From positions 312,356,001 to 312,420,000 of the forward strand of contig CM097882.1 of assembly GCA_044892505.1 (NCBI GenBank): a DNA stretch of 64,000 nt, read 5' to 3'. This stretch comes from Schmidtea nova (lineage: Eukaryota). Under the pieces are notes generated by a model. It was not told where the DNA came from. It searched no databases and was given only the letters and a program-made list of their open reading frames with translations. Both the position numbers and the translations under genes were made by a program. Every line of letters starts with the position of its first letter. Positions within the stretch are counted from its first letter, which is position 1. Below are positions 42,673 through 53,860 of the stretch, in pieces.

Positions 42673-45306
42673 ATGACTCAATCACCTGCTGCTCAGTCAA
42701 CTGCTGCTGATGTAATGACTCAGTCTATTGCAAATCAGTCAACTGTGACGAAGCAATATGAATTAGAAAACATTCTCAAATATCAAATTTCTAAATTGCA
42801 ATGTTTTCAATCGATTTTGGATAATCATTCTCAACTAAATGGTGGAAATCTCGCTACTGCCTCAGTTCTATCTGATGCGAATGCAAGTCAACGGAGTTCT
42901 TTCGATCAAGGATCTAAAATTTCTCAAAACCAATCTGATAATATGCCACTTTCTTATGCTGATATTGAGACAAAATTCACTAAATCAAAGGATTTACTGA
43001 TTGTCAAGCGCCTGGATTCATTGGAGTCTCAATTTATGAATATGGCTGAAAAGTTAGATTATTTGGTTTCTTTGTTTAATGGCTCTGTTGATGATTTATC
43101 AGATTTTCCTAAAGTAAATGAAAATAATTTAAATAATAATCCTTTTAATAAAAATAAAGTTTTTGATATCAAAGATAAATTAATTGTAAATAATGTAGTT
43201 TTAGATAAATCAAATATTTCAGAATTTATTGAAAATAATATTGCTAAAATTCCTAATAGTTTAATTGATGTAAATAATAAAATGTGTAATTCAAATAATA
43301 AATTTCTAAATAACCCTAATAAAGAGAATGTTAAACATTTTAATAATCCCAAAGATACATCTTCAATTGATTTGACTAACGATAAAATTATGCCAAATGA
43401 AAACATAGAAATAATTATTAAAAATAATAAAAAATCTGTTAAAATTATAGAACCTTATAAAACAACTAAAGAGAAGTATGATAAATTTGAATTTAAAAGT
43501 CTGGTTCGTATTTTAACGAAAAGGGAACGCCAGAAAATCTTGAATGCCTTCCCTGCTTTAATACAACTAATTAAAAAGAAAGAATCACAGAGTAAATATT
43601 TTGAAATTAATAAATTTCTTTCGAGCAAAGATTTTAATGTGAATCACTTGAATTTAAATAATTTTGATTATTTTTTCTATAGAAATTGTAATCTTTGTGT
43701 ATCTTTAAAATTGAACAACGCTCCTGTCATTTTATCAGCACCAAAACCTGTTGTTTTAAAAACTATTAAATTAATTGACCATAATATCGTCAAAATAAAT
43801 TCTGAAATCCCTGACTTTGTTCGAGCTCCAATGTCAATTCGAAGATTTTTATTCAATCTTTCGCACGATCTTTCAAACACTGTTTCCATCAAGGATGAGA
43901 AACACAGGGGAAATAAAATAAATAACATTCTTACTTCAATGAAACATAAACAACAATTACCAGATTATTTAATAAAATCAAACATTAAATACGAAAATGG
44001 TGAGTTCTTATTATTAGATTTGACTAACGATAAAATCAAATTGAACGACGATAATAACTTGATAAAATCAAATTTTTCTGAACTTACTAGAAGTCAGATT
44101 AAAAATCTTTACTATTCTTATCCTTCTCTTAAGGAAGTTTGTTTCGTTGAAAATCTTGAAACAAGATCATCATCCGTTAGTAAAATTATCGAATCTTTAA
44201 AGTTAATTAATGAATTTCCAAAAAATATCATTTTTAAAGAGGGTAAATTTTATCAGTCTGATAAAAGAACAATCTCACCTAGTAGTTCTCCTGACATAAT
44301 GTTCAACCTTGGTCTTTTTAATTTGGCTAGTATGAGTAGAAAAGATTGTGAATTAAAATCCATTTTAGAGAAGACTGGTTGTGACTTTAAAATAGTTGAA
44401 ATAATATTCTACCTCAACTATTTAGGCTTGACTCAATCTTTAGAATTTTGCAAAAATCAAACTTATTCTGATTATGTGAGGAATTACGTCTGTAATTGCT
44501 GCTTGATAAACTCACTCTGTAGTATTGCTGATGTTGATTCGCTTTCATCTGAAGATTTTGAGGGTTGGGCGACCGAAATTGTTCAGAAAATCCCAGTTTC
44601 TTCCTATTACTTCAATAGCTGCCAGGAAAAGCTTTTAAAGCTGAAGCAATGGGACATTTCAACTAAAATCAAAAGAATCCATAACGTTATTTCACCTGAA
44701 ATAATATCTTATTTAAATAACTTTCTTGACTCTGTAGACGTAAAATTTCCATCTAAGTCTCAACAACATAATATTCTAATTAAATTAATGAAAGCTATCA
44801 ATGACATTAAAATTTTTGATGACATACACGGAAATAAAGCAAAAAGACTTGTTTACTTTTTGCTAAGAGATGCCAAGAAATATTTGAATAAAAATCAACG
44901 ATTCAGATTATTTGAATCGAGCAATAAATATTGCACTTCAGAGATGGAGAATATAATTTCAGTAATAATTGAGAACCTTACCAAAGTTACTGACCATGAA
45001 GTTACTACTCCTGAAATCACAGTTGAAGAAACGCCAATTGAAATAACTTGTGATCCTGAACCTATCGTCTTGATTAAGGAAATAAACTGTTTAAAATGTA
45101 ACAATATCATCGAAAAATGCATTCTTGTTAGAGATGGAACAAACGTCAACATCTGTGAAAGCTGTCTATTTGACGCAATTACCTTTGAAAAGCCGATTCC
45201 TGAAGCTACTAATTCGGATACCGAAGAAAATATGGAAACAAATAGTAAGAAATCTTGTCCAAGACCTAGAAAAACAGACAAGAAAACATCAACCAAAGCG
45301 AAATGA
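42673..45306 (+). CDS. ORF1 protein (877 aa)
   Basis: Near-identical to the copy 1 ORF1; private N-terminal substitutions. Confidence 0.88.
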   Translation: MTQSPAAQSTAADVMTQSIANQSTVTKQYELENILKYQISKLQCFQSILDNHSQLNGGNLATASVLSDANASQRSSFDQGSKISQNQSDNMPLSYADIETKFTKSKDLLIVKRLDSLESQFMNMAEKLDYLVSLFNGSVDDLSDFPKVNENNLNNNPFNKNKVFDIKDKLIVNNVVLDKSNISEFIENNIAKIPNSLIDVNNKMCNSNNKFLNNPNKENVKHFNNPKDTSSIDLTNDKIMPNENIEIIIKNNKKSVKIIEPYKTTKEKYDKFEFKSLVRILTKRERQKILNAFPALIQLIKKKESQSKYFEINKFLSSKDFNVNHLNLNNFDYFFYRNCNLCVSLKLNNAPVILSAPKPVVLKTIKLIDHNIVKINSEIPDFVRAPMSIRRFLFNLSHDLSNTVSIKDEKHRGNKINNILTSMKHKQQLPDYLIKSNIKYENGEFLLLDLTNDKIKLNDDNNLIKSNFSELTRSQIKNLYYSYPSLKEVCFVENLETRSSSVSKIIESLKLINEFPKNIIFKEGKFYQSDKRTISPSSSPDIMFNLGLFNLASMSRKDCELKSILEKTGCDFKIVEIIFYLNYLGLTQSLEFCKNQTYSDYVRNYVCNCCLINSLCSIADVDSLSSEDFEGWATEIVQKIPVSSYYFNSCQEKLLKLKQWDISTKIKRIHNVISPEIISYLNNFLDSVDVKFPSKSQQHNILIKLMKAINDIKIFDDIHGNKAKRLVYFLLRDAKKYLNKNQRFRLFESSNKYCTSEMENIISVIIENLTKVTDHEVTTPEITVEETPIEITCDPEPIVLIKEINCLKCNNIIEKCILVRDGTNVNICESCLFDAITFEKPIPEATNSDTEENMETNSKKSCPRPRKTDKKTSTKAK

Positions 45307-45312
45307 AGATGT

Positions 45313-48300
45313 GTGCCTGCATCAGCTCAATCGTCTGCCATTCCCTCTAATGAGACTGATGCAGAGAGCACAACTAAAAATAATATTTCAACTATCGACA
45401 ATCGTGATCCTGAAGTGTGGTTTTCTGATAATGATATTGATTGGTATCTTGAAAACCACATTGATAATCCAATGCATGGATATATTAAATGCTTTATAGT
45501 AAATATCATCTGTTCTAACATCACAGAAGATATTGTTGAAATTCCACCATCTATTAGCAATGCTGAAATTGTATTTTGTCCACTCAACATTAACAATTCG
45601 CACTGGATTCTTTTTGTTTATAGTAAGAAAATGTTATCTTCTTACTTTATTGACCCAATCCTTGCAAACAGACAAAAGCCAATCAATAAACAAATGGCTC
45701 AGAGAATTAACCTAAAACTGAATAGATTTTTTAATCTAAATATATCTGTGTCCCGACATCCACACAAACATCTTGAATATCAAAATAACAGCTTTGATTG
45801 TGGCCCATTTACGTGTGCTTATGCTGTGATTATCAGTAAAGATTTGAACAGCTTTCCAAATGGGTTCATAGAGAAAATTCGTACCAGTGTGCATGAAAAT
45901 CAAAATCGTATGCAAATAACCGAATCCACCTTATTCGCTGGTACTAACTCCAAGATGGACATGACCAAAATAAATATCAAGAAAGCCCTTGCAAAAAAGA
46001 AAGTCATCACCAACACCTCAGATATGACCAAAGTATTGAACACTCAAAAACCGTGTGTGTCATCAATAATTAGTAAATATTACGAAAGTAATTCTAAAAT
46101 AACAGTCTTATCTGCCGAACTAACTTTAAACCTAATTGCACAAAATACCTCCTTCATAGCTGATAATGTCACTTTCAAGCAGTTCAAAGGAATCGATCAT
46201 GTTATAAGTATCATTCCTAAATTTAACGATTGGTGTCTCTTTGTCTATTCGAATAAACTTGACAGGAGCTACATGTTCGACTTCAATTATCGAAACATTG
46301 ATGAAAGGCTAATTGAAATTGGTGAAAAGATAACTGAATATCTGAATCAATTCACTCTTGTTTCTAAAATAAAATTCACACCTCATCATAGAATTTCTCA
46401 TCCAACATTTCATTCTTACGATGATCAATATTTTGCAAGTTCTTTTATTGTATTTTTTGAGAAACTTGTCTTTGAAAGAATACTGGACAATGATAAGGTT
46501 TATGACTCATTAAGTGCTCTAAAATATCAGTCTTGTAAAGATCTTTCTCCTAGCCTAAGTTTCATTAATGGTAAAATATCCGACAAAATTATTGAGGAAT
46601 ATTTTGCTAGCCTAAACTTATCGACCAAATATATTCTTCTAAACACAACAATGTGTACTGCGCTTTCAGATGATTGCACTGAATACTTGAAAGACTTTGT
46701 AAACATTGAGTGCATGATGAAGGCTACTATAATCTTTGTAATCATTTCTCCTCCAAGAGCCAACGACTTGCTCATGGTTATTGATTACGACGCTGATGAG
46801 CACTATTTATTAAGCCCAGTCACTAATGACTTGTTCGTTATGACTGAAGGATTCTGCTATAAATTACTAATTAAAATTAATGAGATTAGAGAGAGCACAG
46901 GACGTTCCTTGAAATCGCGTAATTGTCGACATGACGTTAAAGGTTCTGGCTTATTTAGTAGGTTATTAATCTGTGCCTTTATTAAATATTATGCATTTGA
47001 CCGATCTCTAGAAAATATCAATCTTCATGAAATTGGCAAAATTATCTACTCACTTGTGCCATTAGTTGATAAAAATGATAATGCTGAGGAAGAAAGACGA
47101 CTAAAATCAAAAGCTGTAAACTCTTTAAAACTAAATTTAAAACAGCGAATAGAAAAAGCCAATAATCTTATAATTTCACTTGAACACGCCAGTATTGATG
47201 AAATCATAAGTGGCATTCTTTCAAATATTCCTCGTCTTAAAGATTTGAACACCGATCACATTCGTACACCATATTTAGGTACTAAAATAGAAAAAGCTAG
47301 AAAATTCAAAAATTCCACTGAGTTTCTGTCAAACATGAAAAAGACTGTGTATAGGATTTTGGGTAACAACACAGAATCAATTGCACCTCCTTATCAGGAA
47401 ATTATTGACACTTTCAGTCATCCTGATACATTACCTAGAAATTGGGAAAACATCTTAAAATTCACTAAGAGTTCTAAATATAGTCTTGAATTAAATCCAA
47501 TGACACCTAAAGAAATCCTTTCAAGTCTTTGCAAAGCTGACAACACTTCTCCAGGTCTTGATAATGTTTGTTATAAAGATCTTTTGTTATTAGACCCTGA
47601 ATGTAAATTGCTAGCTTTTCTGTACAATAAAATCCTAAAATTAGACATTATTCCTACAAGTTGGAAATCATTTAAAACCATACTAATCCCCAAACCAGAT
47701 AAAAATGGCCAATATCATAAAATATATTCTTGGCGACCAATTGCCTTATTATCTGTCATTTACAAAGTCTTCGCTTCAGTTTTGGCAAATCGTCTAAGCT
47801 TATGGATAAGAAATAATTCCATGTTACACATTGGCCAAAAGGGTGGTTCGGAGTACGAAGGATGTATTGAACACAACTCTATTCTTTCTGCTATCGTCGA
47901 ACATTCAAAATACAGCAAGTCTTCACCTTTAACGATAGCTTGGCTAGACATCAAAGATGCCTTCGGAAGTGTTCCACATGACTACATGTGGACACTGTTA
48001 AAACACATAAATGTTAGTGATAGGTTTGTAGGAATTTTAAAACTGCTCTATACTGATACAAGCTCGTTTTATTGTTGCAATAAAATGCAGACACCGGATA
48101 TTCCAATAAAGAAAGGAGTTAAACAAGGTTGTCCGATCTCAATGATATTGTTTGCAATAGCTATTAACCCAGTACTTGAGTCTATTAATCTATCAAACGT
48201 CAATCCTTTTACGATTGGAACATCTCCGGTACAGGTTTTGGCTTATGCGGATGATATCGCACTTATCGCGACAAATACCTCTGATCTGCAAATACTCATA

Positions 48301-49923
48301 AACGTTGCTGTAAACACCGCTAAAACAATTGGATTTGAATATCGTCCAGAAAAGTGCGCTTATATGCAATACCCTAAAATAGAAACTGTAAGCGAGATTT
48401 CTGTCAACAACGTTCTTATAAAAAAGATTGCAACAAATGAATTTTACCAATACTTGGGAGTACCAATAGGTGACAATAATGATCAAAGTCCCTATGAAAT
48501 TCTAAGCAAAGTAATTGAAGACACAAAGAAAATAGCAAATTCTGATCTTTACGGCTGGCAAAAACTTAAAGCGTATAAGGTCTTTCTGCATTCTCGCTTG
48601 ATTTTTCCATTTAGAACTAGGGAAATCAAAACAAGTTCTTTAGCTGATTCGAGTAAAAATTCAAAATTAAATGTAAATAATACGAGTATTTTGAGGAGTC
48701 ATCTTAGAAAAATATTGCACTTGCCACACTACTCTGAGATTAGCTATTTTTATAATTCTACTGAAAACGGCGGTGCAGGCTGCATAGACTTACTTGACGA
48801 GTATCATACACAGACAATCGTGTACTTTTTCCGTTTGTTAACATCAACGTGCGAATATTCGAAAAAGATAAATACAGACTCGCTTTTATTTGTCACAAGT
48901 CCGAGACTCGGAATCAAAAATCCAGTTCTTAAACAAAGTTTAGAATGGATAAATGGAAAAGACAGCAAGAAAAACAACAGTGGTTGCAAAACTCGATTTT
49001 ATCGGTTGCGATCATCCATTGCTTACTTTTCTAAAGTTCACAACATTAAATTGTTATTTGAAACAGTGAAAGGGAATCCTTCTATCCGGATAACCACTAC
49101 ACTTAAGGGAACACGTATATTATTACCAACATTAAGAAAAGCATTGTCAATGATTTTACATTCAGCTCTCCAGGATTCGTATCTCGAGAAATGGGAGAAT
49201 AGCAATCATAATAATCTGCTTGTATCTGCGATTAAACTCTGTCCACTGGTCAACAGGCTTATTTTCCGCAGTGATTTGACAGAATTTGAATGGAGATTCG
49301 TCCATCGAGCAAGAACGAATACATTATCAATATTTGCGAAGCCATATAAAACTGGCGAAAATCGTCTTTGTCGTAGATGTAAGCTTGAAGACGAGACTTT
49401 ATCACACGTTCTTCAAACTTGTAAAATGAACAAATCTTGGGCAACTAGTCGACATAACGCTTGCTTAGAAAAAATAAAAAGCGAGTTGAAAGATCCAAAC
49501 TTGTTAGTTGTTGCGGATCATAAATGTTCCCTAGTACCGACATCAACTGAACGCGTTGATTTAATAATAACCAATAATGATAAAAAGACCATATTATTGG
49601 TAGACATGAAATGCCCAATCGATTCGGTGCCCAACTTTGATTTGGCTGATAAAAAAAACATAGAAAAGTATGATAAACTAAAATCAGAAATTAAAATAGC
49701 CAAACCCGATTATAAAGTTGAGTTGTTTACCTGCATCATAGGCTCATTAGGATCCATTGAAATTAAAACACCTGATCTTTTAGTAAAAATGGGAGTAAAA
49801 GAAAATAAAGTAAAACGTCTGATGAAAGAGTGTGCAATTAGCAATATTGCGCACTCGGCCAAAATTTGGTACTTTCATACCAATGGCTTTCTTCCAGATA
49901 ATATAAGACAAACTTGTAAATAA
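45313..49923 (+). CDS. ORF2 Ulp1-RT-CCHC-RLE polyprotein
   Basis: Same motifs; TCK-ending allele. Confidence 0.95.
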   Translation: MPASAQSSAIPSNETDAESTTKNNISTIDNRDPEVWFSDNDIDWYLENHIDNPMHGYIKCFIVNIICSNITEDIVEIPPSISNAEIVFCPLNINNSHWILFVYSKKMLSSYFIDPILANRQKPINKQMAQRINLKLNRFFNLNISVSRHPHKHLEYQNNSFDCGPFTCAYAVIISKDLNSFPNGFIEKIRTSVHENQNRMQITESTLFAGTNSKMDMTKINIKKALAKKKVITNTSDMTKVLNTQKPCVSSIISKYYESNSKITVLSAELTLNLIAQNTSFIADNVTFKQFKGIDHVISIIPKFNDWCLFVYSNKLDRSYMFDFNYRNIDERLIEIGEKITEYLNQFTLVSKIKFTPHHRISHPTFHSYDDQYFASSFIVFFEKLVFERILDNDKVYDSLSALKYQSCKDLSPSLSFINGKISDKIIEEYFASLNLSTKYILLNTTMCTALSDDCTEYLKDFVNIECMMKATIIFVIISPPRANDLLMVIDYDADEHYLLSPVTNDLFVMTEGFCYKLLIKINEIRESTGRSLKSRNCRHDVKGSGLFSRLLICAFIKYYAFDRSLENINLHEIGKIIYSLVPLVDKNDNAEEERRLKSKAVNSLKLNLKQRIEKANNLIISLEHASIDEIISGILSNIPRLKDLNTDHIRTPYLGTKIEKARKFKNSTEFLSNMKKTVYRILGNNTESIAPPYQEIIDTFSHPDTLPRNWENILKFTKSSKYSLELNPMTPKEILSSLCKADNTSPGLDNVCYKDLLLLDPECKLLAFLYNKILKLDIIPTSWKSFKTILIPKPDKNGQYHKIYSWRPIALLSVIYKVFASVLANRLSLWIRNNSMLHIGQKGGSEYEGCIEHNSILSAIVEHSKYSKSSPLTIAWLDIKDAFGSVPHDYMWTLLKHINVSDRFVGILKLLYTDTSSFYCCNKMQTPDIPIKKGVKQGCPISMILFAIAINPVLESINLSNVNPFTIGTSPVQVLAYADDIALIATNTSDLQILINVAVNTAKTIGFEYRPEKCAYMQYPKIETVSEISVNNVLIKKIATNEFYQYLGVPIGDNNDQSPYEILSKVIEDTKKIANSDLYGWQKLKAYKVFLHSRLIFPFRTREIKTSSLADSSKNSKLNVNNTSILRSHLRKILHLPHYSEISYFYNSTENGGAGCIDLLDEYHTQTIVYFFRLLTSTCEYSKKINTDSLLFVTSPRLGIKNPVLKQSLEWINGKDSKKNNSGCKTRFYRLRSSIAYFSKVHNIKLLFETVKGNPSIRITTTLKGTRILLPTLRKALSMILHSALQDSYLEKWENSNHNNLLVSAIKLCPLVNRLIFRSDLTEFEWRFVHRARTNTLSIFAKPYKTGENRLCRRCKLEDETLSHVLQTCKMNKSWATSRHNACLEKIKSELKDPNLLVVADHKCSLVPTSTERVDLIITNNDKKTILLVDMKCPIDSVPNFDLADKKNIEKYDKLKSEIKIAKPDYKVELFTCIIGSLGSIEIKTPDLLVKMGVKENKVKRLMKECAISNIAHSAKIWYFHTNGFLPDNIRQTCK

Positions 49924-50277
49924 ATAATTATATATATATATAAATATTTGCTTTTTAAACTCTGTAAATAAAATTTAAGGTAAATATTTTGTAAAGTAAT
50001 TTTTGTATTAAATATCCAATCTTTTTAATCTGATAAATTGTCTTTGAGAGTTATTAAATTGGGAGACCAAGTATTCTGCGACGTATGTCACTTATTCTAG
50101 AATTATCAACTTCAAAAGAATACAGTCGCAAAGCTGGATGACGAAATCCAAAGAACCAGAAACTTCCATTCAGATTGAACAATTATATTTTGACTGTGAT
50201 TGTTTAGGGACTAATCCATGTTGATTAGATAATCTGTAAAAAAATATGTCAAACTTGTTATATTTAATAAATGTTTA

Positions 50278-50332
50278 TTATCACGTCTGCCTAACACGCA
50301 GAAGGTCCCCGGTTCGATCCCGGGTCGAACCA
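50278..50332 (+). pseudogene. tRNA-Val(AAC) 3' fragment (nt 19-73)
   Basis: Same junction; begins with the right TSD. Confidence 0.93.
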
Positions 50333-50512
50333 AATTTTTCTCAATTCATTATTTGACTTTTATTATATTTGCAACTCTTTTTTTAATTCATAACGCAATT
50401 TTGTTGGTGAATTCTCTACTTTGTACATAAATTTTATTCAAGTGAATTCAGTACATTTTGTCAAGGTAATTCGAAAATCAAACATGCACAACAATTGTTA
50501 GTTGAAACTGTC

Positions 50513-50585
50513 GGTTCGATGGTGTAGCGGTTATCACGTCTGCCTAACACGCAGAAGGTCCCCGGTTCGATCCCGGGTCGAACCA
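50513..50585 (+). tRNA. tRNA-Val(AAC)
   Basis: Identical to 988-1060. Confidence 0.96.
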
Positions 50586-50765
50586 AATTTTTCTCAATTC
50601 ATTATTTGACTTTTATTATATTTGCAACTCTTTTTTTAATTCATAACGCAATTTTGTTGTTGAATTCTCTACTTTGTACATAAATTTTATTCAAGTGAAT
50701 TCAGTACATTTTGTCAAGGTAATTCGAAAATCAAACATGCACAACAATTGTTAGTTGAAACTGTC

Positions 50766-50838
50766 GGTTCGATGGTGTAGCGGTTATCACGTCTGCCTAA
50801 CACGCAGAAGGTTCCCGGTTCGATCCCGGGTCGAACCA
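50766..50838 (+). tRNA. tRNA-Val(AAC), C48>T variant
   Basis: AGGTTCCCGG instead of AGGTCCCCGG (50813). Confidence 0.9.
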
Positions 50839-51018
50839 AATTTTTCTCAATTCATTATTTGACTTTTATTATATTTGCAACTCTTTTTTTAATTCATAAC
50901 GCAATTTTGTTGTTGAATTCTCTACTTTGTACATAAATTTTATTCAAGTGAATTCAGTACATTTTGTCAAGGTAATTCGAAAATCAAACATGCACAACAA
51001 TTGTTAGTTGAAACTGTC

Positions 51019-51091
51019 GGTTCGATGGTGTAGCGGTTATCACGTCTGCCTAACACGCAGAAGGTCCCCGGTTCGATCCCGGGTCGAACCA
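51019..51091 (+). tRNA. tRNA-Val(AAC)
   Basis: Identical to 988-1060. Confidence 0.96.
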
Positions 51092-51220
51092 AATTTTTCT
51101 CAATTCATTATTTGACTTTTATTATATTTGCAACTCTTTTTTTAATTCATAACGCAATTTCGTTGTTGAATTCTCTACTTTGTACATAAATTTTATTCAA
51201 GTGAATTCTTTCAAGGTTCG

Positions 51221-53854
51221 ATGACTCAATCACCTGCTGCTCAGTCAACTGCTGCTGATGTAATGACTCAGTCTATTGCAAATCAGTCAACTGTGACGAA
51301 GCAATATGAATTAGAAAACATTCTCAAATATCAAATTTCCAGTTTGCAATGTTTTCAATCGATTTTGGATTATTTTTCTCAACTAAATGGTGGAAATCTC
51401 GCTACTGCCTCAGTTCTATCTGATGCGAATGCAAGTCAACGGAGTTCTTTCGATCAAGGATCTAAAATTTCTCCAAACCAATCTGATAATATGCCACTTT
51501 CTTATGCTGATATTGAGACTAAATTCACTAAATCAAAGGATTTACTGATTGTCAAGCGCCTGGATTCATTGGAGTCTCAATTTATGAATATGGCTGAAAA
51601 GTTAGATTATTTGGTTTCTTTGTTTAATGGCTCTGTTGATGATTTATCAGATTTTCCTAAAGTAAATGAAAATAATTTAAATAATAATCCTTTCAATAAA
51701 AATAAAGTTTTTGATATCAAAGATAAATTAATTGTAAATAATGTAGTTTTAGATAAATCAAATATTTCAGAATTTATTGAAAATAATATTGCTAAAATTC
51801 CTAATAGTTTAATTGATGTAAATAATAAAATGTGTAATTCAAATAATAAATTTCTAAATAACCCTAATAAAGAGAATGTTAAACATTTTAATAATCCCAA
51901 AGATACATCTTCAATTGATTTGACTAACGATAAAATTATGCCAAATGAAAACATAGAAATAATTATTAAAAATAATAAAAAATCTGTTAAAATTATAGAA
52001 CTTTATAAAACAACTAAACAGAAGTATGATAAATTTGAATTTAAAAGTCTGGTTCGTATTTTAACGAAAAGGGAACGCCAGAAAATCTTGAATGCCTTCC
52101 CTGCTTTAATACAACTAATTAAAAAGAAAGAATCACAGAGTAAATATTTTGAAATTAATAAATTTCTTTCGAGCAAAGATTTTAATGTGAATCACTTGAA
52201 TTTAATTAATTTTGATTATTTTTTCTATAGAAATTGTAATCTTTGTGTATCTTTAAAATTGAACAACGCTCCTGTCATTTCATCAGCACCAAAACCTGTT
52301 GTTTTAAAAACTATTAAATTAATTGACCATAATATCGTCAAAATAAATTCTGAAATCCCTGACTTTGTTCGAGCTCCAATGTCAATTCGAAGATTTTTAT
52401 TCAATCTTTCGCACGATCTTTCAAACACTGTTTCCATCAAGGATGAGAAACACAGGGGAAATAAAATAAATAACATTCTTACTTCAATGAAACATAAACA
52501 ACAATTACCAGATTATTTAATAAAATCAAACATTAAATACGAAAATGGTGAGTTCTTATTATTAGATTTGACTAACGATAAAATCAAATTGAACGACGAT
52601 AATAACTTGATAAAATCAAATTTTTCTGAACTTACTAGAAGTCAGATTAAAAATCTTTACCATTCTTATCCTTCTCTTAAGGAAGTTTGTTTCGTTGAAA
52701 ATCTTGAAACAAGATCATCATCCGTTAGTAAAATTATCGAATCTTTAAAGTTAATTAATGAATTTCCAAAAAATATCATTTTTAAAGAGGGTAAATTTTA
52801 TCAGTCTGATAAAAGAACAATCTCACCTAGTAGTTCTCCTGACATAATGTTCAACCTTGGTCTTTTTAATTTAGCTAGTATGAGTAGAAAAGATTGTGAA
52901 TTAAAATCCATTTTAGAGAAGACTGGTTGTGACTTTAAAATAGTTGAAATAATATTCTACCTCAACTATTTAGGCTTGACTCAATCTTTAGAATTTTGCA
53001 AAAATCAAACTTATTCTGATTATGTGAGGAATTACGTCTGCAATTGCTGCTTGATAAACTCACTCTGTAGTATTGCTGATGTTGATTCGCTTTCATCTGA
53101 AGATTTTGAGGGTTGGGCGACCGAAATTGTTCAGAAAATCCCAGTTTCTTCCTATTACTTCAATAGCTGCCAGGAAAAGCTTTTAAAGCTGAAGCAATGG
53201 GACATTTCAACTAAAATCAAAAGAATCCATAACGTTATTTCACCTGAAATAATATCTTATTTAAATAACTTTCTTGACTCTGTAGACGTAAAATTTCCAT
53301 CTAAGTCTCAACAACATAATATTTTAATTAAATTAATGAAAGCTATCAATGACATTAAAATTTTTGATGACATACACGGAAATAAAGCAAAAAGACTTGT
53401 TTACTTTTTGCTAAGAGATGCCAAGAAATATTTGAATAAAAATCAACGATTCAGATTATTTGAATCGAGCAATAAATATTGCACTTTAGAGATGGAGAAT
53501 ATAATTTCAGTAATAATTGAGAACCTTACCAAAGTTACTGACCATGAAGTTACTACTCCTGAAATCACAGTTGAAGAAACGCCAATTGAAATAACTTGTG
53601 ATCCTGAACCTATCGTCTTGATTAAGGAAATAAACTGTTTAAAATGTAACAATATCATCGAAAAATGTATTCTTGTTAGAGATGGAACAAACGTCAACAT
53701 CTGTGAAAGCTGTCTATTTAACGCAATTACCTTTGAAAAGCCGATTCCTGAAGCTACTAATTCGGATATCGAAGAAAATATAGAAACAAATTGTAAGAAA
53801 TCTTGTCCAAGACCTAGAAAAACAGACAAGAAAACATCAACCAAAGCAAAATGA
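51221..53854 (+). CDS. ORF1 protein (877 aa)
   Basis: Near-identical to the copy 1 ORF1. Confidence 0.88.
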   Translation: MTQSPAAQSTAADVMTQSIANQSTVTKQYELENILKYQISSLQCFQSILDYFSQLNGGNLATASVLSDANASQRSSFDQGSKISPNQSDNMPLSYADIETKFTKSKDLLIVKRLDSLESQFMNMAEKLDYLVSLFNGSVDDLSDFPKVNENNLNNNPFNKNKVFDIKDKLIVNNVVLDKSNISEFIENNIAKIPNSLIDVNNKMCNSNNKFLNNPNKENVKHFNNPKDTSSIDLTNDKIMPNENIEIIIKNNKKSVKIIELYKTTKQKYDKFEFKSLVRILTKRERQKILNAFPALIQLIKKKESQSKYFEINKFLSSKDFNVNHLNLINFDYFFYRNCNLCVSLKLNNAPVISSAPKPVVLKTIKLIDHNIVKINSEIPDFVRAPMSIRRFLFNLSHDLSNTVSIKDEKHRGNKINNILTSMKHKQQLPDYLIKSNIKYENGEFLLLDLTNDKIKLNDDNNLIKSNFSELTRSQIKNLYHSYPSLKEVCFVENLETRSSSVSKIIESLKLINEFPKNIIFKEGKFYQSDKRTISPSSSPDIMFNLGLFNLASMSRKDCELKSILEKTGCDFKIVEIIFYLNYLGLTQSLEFCKNQTYSDYVRNYVCNCCLINSLCSIADVDSLSSEDFEGWATEIVQKIPVSSYYFNSCQEKLLKLKQWDISTKIKRIHNVISPEIISYLNNFLDSVDVKFPSKSQQHNILIKLMKAINDIKIFDDIHGNKAKRLVYFLLRDAKKYLNKNQRFRLFESSNKYCTLEMENIISVIIENLTKVTDHEVTTPEITVEETPIEITCDPEPIVLIKEINCLKCNNIIEKCILVRDGTNVNICESCLFNAITFEKPIPEATNSDIEENIETNCKKSCPRPRKTDKKTSTKAK

Positions 53855-53860
53855 AGATGT

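Larger units (their letters stand above)
42669..50277 (+). mobile_element. Retrotransposon copy 6 (type C), flanked by 13-bp TSD TTATCACGTCTGC, ORFs intact
   Basis: Direct repeats at 42656-42668 and 50278-50290. Confidence 0.95.
50278..51208 (+). repeat. 253-bp tRNA-Val array segment (1 fragment + 3 intact genes)
   Basis: Starts at 50513, 50766, 51019. Confidence 0.94.
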
